Notes under the pieces: generated by a model
What the model was told of the DNA's origin: nothing
What the model saw: only the letters and a program-made list of their open reading frames with translations
Databases searched by the model: none
Assembly: GCA_040954595.2 (NCBI GenBank)
Contig: CM082579.2
Span: forward strand, 3,337,227 to 3,401,226
Source of the DNA: Balanoglossus misakiensis
Lineage: Eukaryota; Animalia; Hemichordata
Length of the DNA stretch: 64,000 nt
Direction: 5' to 3'
Position numbers and translations under genes: made by a program
Shown: positions 40,059-49,167 of the stretch, one piece after another
Layout: each line of letters opens with the position of its first letter
How positions within the stretch are numbered: the stretch's first letter is position 1

Positions 40059-41900
40059 TCATTGCTTCTCAAAGAACACCTCGGCAGCAAAACAGGCTTC
40101 CGCTTTTAGGGGATAGGTGACCAGGAGACTGTTTCCGACCGTCTCCCAGTCGTCAATGTCGTACTCAAATTCCTCCCCGTCGTCGCTGCCGATATCGGTG
40201 ACCGTGTCGGTGCAGTAGCGCTTCAGGATGGTGAAGTCCCTGCTTCCGTCCTGGATCGGTTCGTGGGTGTCGTTGTGAAAGCCGGGCGACAGGACCGCCA
40301 CGTAGATGTCGTTCTTCAGGCTGGCCGGGTAGTACTGCTTCATGGGGGCGAAGAACTCGCGGGCGCGCCACCACTCCCTGTTCTCGGGGTTGTACACCTC
40401 CACGTCGTGCATCTTGCGCGAGTCGTCGTCCTCCCCTCCAACGACCCAGATTTCTTCGTTGTACACGGTTATCCCCGAGCAGAAGCGGGGGTTCACCATG
40501 GCGGGGAGGTCCCCCTCCCAGCTGTCGGTGTCCGTGTTGTAGCACATCGTGCGACTCCCCGAGAAGAGGTATATCGATCGCTTGAAGCTTGTCACCGAGA
40601 TATCCATCACTTCCCTCGGCACTGATGCGACGAAACTCCATTCATCCAGCAGGGGATCGTACTTTTCAACGCTGCTCAACACCTCCCAGTCGCCCTCTCC
40701 GGCGATTGCATAAATCCCACCGTTGCAGTAGCAAAACCCGAACTTAGCCCGGCCACTCAGCATGGGGGACTTTTCTGTCCAGACTTTCCTGAGTGAGTTG
40801 TAGTGATAGAAAGACTTGTCCTCGTAGTGACTCGAGGCGGCATACATGTCCTTACTCGGAGTGACAAGAAAACAGGCCCCAGTGTCCAGCAACCAAGGGG
40901 GATACGGCAGCGTGCAGTGTTCGCAAGTCTCTGGATCGACACAGACCAGACTTCTGACGTCCTTGTGATCGATGCCAGACTTGCTAGCAATTACCAAGAC
41001 ATCCCTGGATAGCATGCCAAGCCGTTTTTCATTCAGGCAACTTTCCAGCTGACTTTCACTTTCAACTTTGGCTTCTGGGCTTGATTTTCCGTGTATTGTC
41101 TCTTCGATATACCTCACACACTCCGCAGACCGTGTTATAACCGGGTGATTTTTCACATTCTGGCACAGATAAGTCAGCTTCATGAATCCGAGCCTCAGTT
41201 TTTGAAAGTTCCTCCAGAGCTCCGCTTCCCTCTCATTGGGATCGTACTCGTACCAGCTCACCAAAGATTCATATAGGGCTTCTTCGTTGGGGACGTTGAG
41301 GGCGCTACTTTCCAACATCTTCTCGATCAGTTCTGCTGACGCTTGGAAGAATTCCTCCTCCTTTTTGACGTCCTTAAAATTGAGATTTAAGTAATCCCAA
41401 GCCGCGGACTTAAGACCCGAATGGCTTAGCATCGCGGCCAGATTGTACACTCCGATGCAGTTCGATGCATGGAGGTGTCTCTCCAGGTACTGCGCGCAGT
41501 GATCCTCTAGCGGCTCGATTTGGAGCATGTGAGACGCCTGCACGATTCCCTGGACGGCTTCTGCGCTCAAGGAGACCTCGGAAGTGTACATGTAGTCTAA
41601 GACAGCCTTCACGGAGCCCGCGTCGATTTCTTTCAATTCGATTCTGTCCATCCCTGCTTCACACATCCCGCCGGTGAACATGGCTTTGAAATACGGACTG
41701 CAAGCGGCCAGCACATTCTTGTGGCAGGCAAACTCTTTCTGGTCTACCACTAAGACGACATCAGTGAGGAGTCTTTCGCGGTAAAAACCCAACAAATTCT
41801 GCAAAATTTTGTCTGAGTGGTCACTCTCGACTCTTTTCTTAGCCACGGTTCTACTTCCAGTTCCAGACATCGCCGATTCCGATTGAGGGACAGTCGACAT
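40059..41900 (-). CDS. BTB-BACK-Kelch (KLHL family) protein, intronless, 613 aa
   Basis: BTB domain (LTDVVLVVDQKEFACHKNVLAACSPYFKAMFT), BACK domain (NCIGV...EEALYESLVSW) and Kelch repeats (IYAIAG...SVEKYDPLLDEW; IWVVGG...VEVYNPENREW). The specific ortholog is not assignable. Confidence 0.92.
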   Translation of the reverse strand: MSTVPQSESAMSGTGSRTVAKKRVESDHSDKILQNLLGFYRERLLTDVVLVVDQKEFACHKNVLAACSPYFKAMFTGGMCEAGMDRIELKEIDAGSVKAVLDYMYTSEVSLSAEAVQGIVQASHMLQIEPLEDHCAQYLERHLHASNCIGVYNLAAMLSHSGLKSAAWDYLNLNFKDVKKEEEFFQASAELIEKMLESSALNVPNEEALYESLVSWYEYDPNEREAELWRNFQKLRLGFMKLTYLCQNVKNHPVITRSAECVRYIEETIHGKSSPEAKVESESQLESCLNEKRLGMLSRDVLVIASKSGIDHKDVRSLVCVDPETCEHCTLPYPPWLLDTGACFLVTPSKDMYAASSHYEDKSFYHYNSLRKVWTEKSPMLSGRAKFGFCYCNGGIYAIAGEGDWEVLSSVEKYDPLLDEWSFVASVPREVMDISVTSFKRSIYLFSGSRTMCYNTDTDSWEGDLPAMVNPRFCSGITVYNEEIWVVGGEDDDSRKMHDVEVYNPENREWWRAREFFAPMKQYYPASLKNDIYVAVLSPGFHNDTHEPIQDGSRDFTILKRYCTDTVTDIGSDDGEEFEYDIDDWETVGNSLLVTYPLKAEACFAAEVFFEKQ

Positions 41901-42081
41901 GTCTAAATTCTAGTTGCCACCGTGCACCAATTATAACCCCCAGTGCTTCAAGCACTTCACAACTTTTACGAGAAATTATGTTCCGCCCACTTGAATTACG
42001 TGTACAAATCTACCCTACCGCTTTACACGTTGCTGAAGGATCACAACACCAGCCATGTCAGTTTTCCTTGTTACGAAGGGA

Positions 42082-42092
42082 GCCGCCATCTT
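42082..42092 (-). promoter_or_regulatory. YY1-consensus motif (AAGATGGCGGC) near the probable TSS of the Kelch gene
   Basis: Exact AAGATGGCGGC on the minus strand ~180 bp upstream of the ATG. The identical 11-mer overlaps the SRD5A3 start codon (37714-37724). Confidence 0.45.
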
Positions 42093-42725
42093 GAATATCG
42101 CCCTCGTTTTATTAGGAGCAATTCTTTTGTTTTTAAAAAGAAAGACGTAGAGGACGGCCTCTTGCATCCACCTGTAACTTGACCAACCCACCAGTCTCAC
42201 GTTGTAAGTAGTTTATCGCTGGCTGGTTTTCCAACCCTATGTCGGCAACAGTTTGTTGTTTAAAAAAATATTACAACAAAGAAAAGTAACAAAACGCAAT
42301 TACAAACACAAGACGAGAAAAAACGACACGGGAGAAAACCTACATATATGAATTTGAATTATACAGAGGCTTTATTTTCTATTACAATGGCCTGTCGATA
42401 TTGACTTTGACATGAAAGCTAGTTAACGCCCGACTATGTGTCGTGTTCACTTCTTGTTACGGTCTTCAGACGAGAATAATTTGTAGATGCAAGCTCTGTT
42501 GTAAAATTATTTGTGAAGTTAATTGGTCATCCTATCCCGTGGAACTTCGGGTGTAAATGTTTGTTGCAAATATATGACTATTGACATTTCGTCTTTCACA
42601 AAAGGCACGAGAAGAAAAAAAAACCGAAAAGAAACAAGTAAGGTACGCGTCTGCAAGTTCCGCTGCTGGGAAAAGTTATCTTGATTCCGTGTTAGAAACT
42701 GAAATGTTAGCTTCACTCTGAAGAC

Positions 42726-45700
42726 TTAAAATCCCGCAGGCCATCCACCTGGCTTTCTGAATTCGGGACTGACATGGAGACCTCCTCCCTCCTTGTGTAT
42801 GGCATTCACCACGGAGAAGACTGCTCTTTCAGGAATTTCTGTTAATTCGTGACCAATGTGTCTCAACCTCTTGGCGACGTCCTGAAAGACAATTACCCCA
42901 AGAAGTGTTAGAGAGGGGTCGACAGGTATCTCCTAATCACACCGTGGAATTGATGAACTACTACAATGTACTTCTCCATGTCGCCTGTTACAACGATTTG
43001 GAACTCATTAGCGTTACTCTGCGTTTATCACGGTTGCATAATTTCATGAAATATGCAATTACATACCACGACACTGTTTAATTGACTTAACAGTGCACTA
43101 GAGTGTCGGATGAATATCTGTAACAGCCTTGCACTGGGGCTATATTGGAGCTTTTTATGAAACTTACCTCATCAAATATGTGTTCATGAACAACTTCCTC
43201 GTCTGGGTCGTAACTTATCCTCGGTTGCATGACAGCTTGTCTGATGTCTCTACCAAACCAAAGAGTTTCCATAGCAACCTAAGTAAATCAAGAGAAATTA
43301 AATTGCTCTGTCTGTTTGTCTGAACCAAGATGTCTGGCACAAATACAATGTTGTAAACGCAGCGACCTGCACCAACTAAAGCGGTTTTAGTGAAAACTGG
43401 CAGGTGAGCGCCAGAAATTGAAACACTAAAGGCTCTCTCGTAGAACCACCGAACTATATGACAGAACCTACCACTGCATTGCTAGAGATTATCTTCAATC
43501 CTCCAGCTGATCCAACAACTAACTTTACATCCTCGTCCTCTTGGTCCAAAAAAATCGCGGGTGACATTGCCGAGAGTGGCCGCTCCCTTGGTTTGATGTC
43601 CACTGCCGTGCTTTCATCTGTCTTCTTGTACTTGAAAAAGTTTGTCATTACGTTGTTGAATAGTATTCCAGTTCGTGAGCCATGCACTGCGGACCCAAAG
43701 CTGAAATGTAACCATGGGTGCAAGCTTTTAGTCGCCATCAGGCTAAATTCAATGATGGACAGGATACTGCCTTATGGCATTGACTGTATACAATTTTTTT
43801 TTTGCCTCTAGTTCGGGCAATGCGCATAAGACACTTACTAGCTATTGATCGATGACGTCAACGCCACAGCGTTTCCGGATTGGTCGACAACCGACACGTG
43901 GGACGTGTCATTGGAGAAAGGGTAGGTGACGACGAAACCATAGTGGTCCTGTGTGTACGTGTGACCGTCGATGATTCTGCTGCGAATCGTGTCGGCGAAA
44001 TCGTCTGACGTCATGTTGTGCAGGGCCTATGCAAAAGTGGAGTGCGGTTGCAGAGAGATAGTTTATACTGTTTGTCATCTCATGCCCATTTAATCATGTA
44101 AATAGCAAGGTTGGTCGGTCATGAATTAAAACTCAAAGCGAGGCCAATGGGAAAGTTGACCAATCACATCAAGGGGTTTTCCCAATTGGCCTCGCTTTGA
44201 GTTCGAATTCATGATGGTTGCATGAGGGTGCTAGACTTAGGAAAATGGTGTATCAGGGTGCACAGTGTAGCCCGTTGCGGAAATGAAGCCCATCTCGTTA
44301 CCTCGTTTGCCCTTGTCACGTTACTGTCTCCGAGTTGATAGTGTTGCGCAAGTACATATTTGAATGCTTCTATCAGCCTATGGCTCCACAACAATTCCTC
44401 CTCCTGGCTTCTCGCGCCAAAATTTTCAATGCTGTAACCTAAAAAGAAGCATCGAATGATTGACAACAACTGAAATGGGCGGCAGTTTGTTGGTTTTCAG
44501 AAAGGAAAAAAATGTAAATTGGAGGAGACCGTACACCGTTAACTGAATAAGAATTAACTTTATTCAAAGCATGGTAATTTTTTTCTACAAATACAAGTAG
44601 CCAACGCCCACCTTTCATGATGTTCATGAGCATCACCAATGCAGGACCACCTGACGGTGCGGGCGGGGTGAACATATTCACACCCCTTATTTCACTTTTC
44701 AGCGGTCTGTTCAGCTTTGCCCGATACTGTTTGAGATCGTCCAACGTGACAATGCCACCTGTAGGATTGAAAGAGACTTAGATCCAAACTGAATATGCTC
44801 ACGTGGTTGGGCGGTTACATGTCATTGTAATGTGCGCAAACAGTACTAGCGCAAATTAGTTACCCCACGGAATTCTACAACTGAAACCCCTCCATCGTTT
44901 GGATGCAAGCTTTTGTCAATGGATATTAAATGTGGGATAGAAACGCGCACGAAATCAGATCAAGTGGTACTATGAACAGTGCATATTCGCCCGTGTTGAA
45001 TGCAGAAACGCGTACCTTCATCTTGAATATCAGCGACTATATCTTTTGCAAGATGTCCTTGATAGAATTCGTTTGGGCCATCCTGGGCAATCCTCTGTAA
45101 TGTTTGGGCATACTTTGCTCTCTGCATGAAGTCTCCAGACTGATATAATTTACCCGACGGCAAAGTGAGTAATTCTCTAAAACAAATTTACAATTATCTC
45201 GTGAGAATCTTAAAACAGAAAGTCCGAAATTTAACATCTTTGTATGCCAAATTAATTTTGAAGCAATTTTATCAAATAGAATTTCCCTTTACCTCAGCGA
45301 TGGATAGTCTGCAACCGTTTGCGCCACCGTTAAAATAGCATTTGAGAGGGCTGAACCAACTGTAATTCCTTCCCACGCCAGTTGGATTGCGGGCTGGAAC
45401 AATTCCTTCCACGGCAGCTTGCCGTGGCGCTGGTGCGCCCGCCAGAAGCCGCTGATTTCGCCCGGCACGCCGACACAGAGACCGGCCTGGGAGGGTTCAC
45501 ACCTGCCCTGCTCCATCTTGCCGGAAATTTTTCCGGTGATCTTGAGAGTAATTCCGGAGATGTCCCCGGGCGCTTCGGGGCGGGCGTCGATCGCCTCCAC
45601 CACTCCCTTCTCCTTGTTGTATATCACCATGAAGTGCCCGCCACCAATGCCGGCGCTGTGGGTGTTCACCACCCCCGTGCAAAGCATGGCAGCAATGGCG

Positions 45701-46608
45701 GCGTCTACTGCATTGCCACCTCGTCGGAGAATCGAACTGTGGTTCAGGACAAACAAACACGAGAGTATTTAACAGTTGAAACTTCTGATGCACGGGTGAG
45801 ACCAGATCCCTGCAGGTCGTGTGCCAATTTAAAGTTCCTGACTTACTTAACTGCTGTTCAGGATGAAGTGAAACTGGTCTTTTATCATCGTTGTAGAAAA
45901 TTCAAAGCCACTAATGCACATGAAATACTAGTTAAGTCCGGACCCTCACCGACCCCTATTAAATTTGTTATCAATACGAGTCTGAGATCGTTTTCTCACG
46001 GTACACGGAGATCACGTCGGCCCGGGCGGGAGAGCCGTGGCTTGAGCAATGCCGTTTTCATTAAATAAAGGTGCACCAGTCATACAGACTCCGGTTTTTC
46101 ATCTTGCCTTTTTTTTGCTTCTACATCATCACATCCATCTAGACGTTTTCCAGCCACCCCTTCCCGAAGGGCTAGGGCCCGGGTTCCGATAATTGAAACG
46201 GCCTGATAAGTTTTCTTCATTTTACGGTAACTGGGCCGACACTCCGGCATTGCCGAGCAAAAGACCAACAAATGCGACCACTGTTTTGGTTGATAGGGTT
46301 TTACTAGCTGCAATGATTGTTACGGGTGCTGCTAACTTGACTGTTGTGTTCGCAACGGTTACACACCAGTCAACCTAGCACCACCCACTTCAATCATTGC
46401 AGCTAGGGGCTTACCTGCCAATGACAGAGCAATTTTTGTGGTCCGCAGCGACAGCAGCCAGTTTGAAGAACAGTCCGTTTGTAGTGAACGGCGAGTTCGC
46501 GCGCTCAACTGAGGAGCGAGCCCTGGCCATAAAGTCGAAGTTGGCAAATTGCAGTCCAGTGATAATGGCACATATTGCAACGAACGAAGAAAGGAACATG
46601 GGATACAT
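42726..46608 (-). CDS. Gamma-glutamyltransferase/glutathione hydrolase family proenzyme (divergent), ~9 exons
   Basis: N-terminal hydrophobic segment, then AAVAADHKNCSVIG|SSILRRGGNAVDAAIAAMLCTGVVNTHSAGIGGGHFM, VGVPGE...HGKLPWKELFQPAI, PPAPSGG, HRLIEAFK, nucleophile segment TSHVSVVDQSGNAVALTSSINSY|FGS, RPLSAM, VGSAGG and C-terminal RKPGGWPAGF* (TAA at 42726). Exons ~46415-46608, 45293-45736, 45017-45176, 44612-44758, 44302-44437, 43839-44027, 43471-43700, 43168-43278, 42726-42881. The start may extend further upstream. Confidence 0.88.
44119..44214. repeat. Intronic inverted repeat (~36-bp arms), MITE-like hairpin
   Basis: TCATGAATTAAAACTCAAAGCGAGGCCAATGGGAAA pairs with TTTCCCAATTGGCCTCGCTTTGAGTTCGAATTCATGA; no clear TSD. 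Confidence 0.8.
46304..46406. repeat. Intronic ~103-bp imperfect palindrome, MITE-like
   Basis: Perfect 16-bp outer arms CTAGCTGCAATGATTG / CAATCATTGCAGCTAG, with further internal pairing (GGGTG.TGCTA..TTGACTG / CAGTCAA..TAGCA.CACCC). Confidence 0.8.
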
Positions 46609-47588
46609 ATGTATAGTTGAGATTTTCCTGAAGAAAAAAAAAGACTTTCGTTCAACGCATACACATTGCTTGGTAGGCTGTAATAGGATAGAGTTTGCCG
46701 TTACGTATATGTACGATACACCTCCTACACCGATTTTCGGACAGTCAGTACTAATATCCGCTCACTTCATGGAAAAATCCCTCAGGTGGCACGGTATCCA
46801 CTAAATCGTACTCAATCGTGGTGTTTCACATAGAGCTATGCGGAGGACCCCTTTCAACGCAAAGAGCGGCGAACTTTTCGAATTATCAGGGTGTTTTTTT
46901 TTCAGGCTGCGTACAAATGTTATGATTTCATTCAGTCTACTAGACTTTACAGATTAAAAGATTAAAAGTCCGAAATTATCACTCATATTTTGCTGATGGC
47001 AACTTTGAATAGAATATTCTCCCGTAAAACTGAGAATAAAGCTTAAAGGGCACCTTGCAATATTTTGGAGAAAAAAAAACCTGCATTCATGACAATGAGA
47101 TTATAGGTCCATGCTAAGACTGGCTTCAAGGTGAGGTCAGTCACGTGTTGTTCCCGTGGACTCAGCCTTGGGTGTTCGGTTACACGGTTGCAAAATCAAT
47201 GCTTGGCCGACGCCGTGCTTCTGGCAGAACCGAGAGAAATAAAACTAGAGTGGCATGGTTTAGGCTAGATTGCCGCCTAAGTTAACGAAAGCAGCAGAGT
47301 GCGCACTGTTTCTTGGACTTAAAGTGTACGCCCGGTATAAAGAAGACCCTTCACCAAAACTTGCAACGTGCGTGCAAATACGGTGTCCTGTAACCAGACA
47401 GGCCATAGATGAAACAAATAAGTTTTGAAAATTACTTTTCAACTTCGGCTGGGCTTTAGGAATTAAACAACTATGTGAACAAGTGATGGTTGTAATGTTG
47501 CTTACTTTGAACACTGAAGATGAAGATGGCACACAAACCAAATAGTGTGCTCTCGCTTGTTAGGCCTTCCAGTGGTAGATTCGGATTG

Positions 47589-48052
47589 ACAGCGGTGACA
47601 TTGAAGACGTGCGTGCATGCGCAGTGGTGGTGTTCACGATAAAAAGGGATTTGAGTCACTAATTATGTTCCTTATATAGATATATAATATAGGACGGGAT
47701 AAGTTAATTATGATACTAGCCTAAAAACCCAGTTTAACCAGATATGATGCGAACTGATTGCCCCGCGTGATATGTGAAGGACCATTTTTGCGCGTCGATT
47801 TATTGAGGTGCGGTAGTTTAGCAAAAACCACAGACTGATATGTCGTGGGAGATTTTGTGTCAGGGTTAGAAAACCTTCATGGTCGAAATCGCTGCGCATG
47901 GATTGTCACAGCGGTGACATTGAAGAAGTTGCTTAAATTACAAGTGCGTGCATGCGCAGTGGTGGTGTTCACGATAAAAATGGATTTGACTCACTGATTA
48001 TGTTCCTTATATAGACCGATACTAGTAAACCTTCATGGTCGAAATCGCTGCG
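47589..48052. repeat. Local tandem duplication (~320-bp offset) with internal deletion in the second copy
   Basis: ACAGCGGTGACATTGAAGA..GTGCGTGCATGCGCAGTGGTGGTGTTCACGATAAAA..TTATGTTCCTTATATAGA occurs at ~47589 and ~47908. AAACCTTCATGGTCGAAATCGCTGCG occurs at ~47871 and ~48027. Confidence 0.85.
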
Positions 48053-48271
48053 AACGGATTCTCGTGCGCTAAACTGTACACGTTTTCCAGTTCATGATCC
48101 AAGCCTAGCCCCGCTTTCTCCAAAACAGGTCAGGCTACGGACCCACAGCAAAATGGGACACGACAGGACACTGCACGTTTAGCTTTGTAGGTTAGAAGGT
48201 ATTTTTAGCGAACACTAACGTCTATATGAACAAAAATAACATCTAGCATGTACAAATTTCACGTTTAGCCC

Positions 48272-48390
48272 CAATCTGATTAAAATCAGATGTAGGGAAC
48301 GGCGACATGTTTTTTTTATGCTGTCGCATGTGAGGCGACAGCATGAAAAAAACACGTCGCCGTTCCCTACATCTGATTTTAATCAGATTG
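48272..48390. mobile_element. 119-bp near-perfect palindromic MITE with 9-bp target-site duplication
   Basis: CAATCTGATTAAAATCAGATGTAGGGAACGGCGAC...GTCGCCGTTCCCTACATCTGATTTTAATCAGATTG, flanked by GTTTAGCCC at 48263-48271 and 48391-48399. Confidence 0.92.
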
Positions 48391-48707
48391 GTTTAGCCCA
48401 TGCTGTTACACACACAACACACATCAGGCACTCCCTTTGGCATTTTGACAAATGTCCTATTTACTTAAAATATCAAAGTAAGAGCACAGGTTCCAAGTGT
48501 CCTGGCTTACAGTGAGGTTGACAATCTCATCAAATAGGGTCCTTCATTACATTTTCATATTTATTGCCATACACCAAAATAGTACACCCAAAGTTCTTGA
48601 TTGTCGTCCATCCGAACTGGACATAACGTTCTGCTAAGTGCGATGATTCAGCATTTGCTGTCAAGGTCAAGGTCAAAACACTGTCTTTGGACTGGAAGAT
48701 CCTTTGT

Positions 48708-48800
48708 TCAACTCTTTCACTCCCATTTACCTCTTTACAGGTCCAACCCTACCATAGAAAACAATGGGTTTGGACTAAACCATGGTGGTGAAAGGGTTAA
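48708..48800 (-). mobile_element. piggyBac-like MITE copy 3 (inverted orientation)
   Basis: ...TACCATAGAAAACAATGGGTTTGGACTAAACCATGGTGGTGAAAGGG|TTAA is the reverse complement of the 20290 copy; the other end reads TCAA-CTCTTTCAC. Confidence 0.8.
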
Positions 48801-49167
48801 GGGATCCTCTATCGCTGCTCTTCATAGGGTAGTGATACTGTGCACCCTTATAAAAAAGCTGCTGTACAGCGTGGGCTGGTACATCGCACATTTTGAAAAA
48901 ACGAACAGACCCTTGTGAAAGGACACCCAGTGGCTGACCCAAAGATGTGAAAAAAAAGTAATAAAAACATTCACATCACTTACATTAACATACCAAAGGC
49001 ATAAAAATCATTGAATTGATTAATTAATTAATTTATCAATCAATCAATTCACTAATAATTCATGACTTGAATGAAGTACATACGAAATTAAAATGAACAC
49101 ATGACAAGTCTTGTGACTGCCGTTTGTTGGATTCTCCTGATCAGCAAATCATCCACCAAGCTGATAT

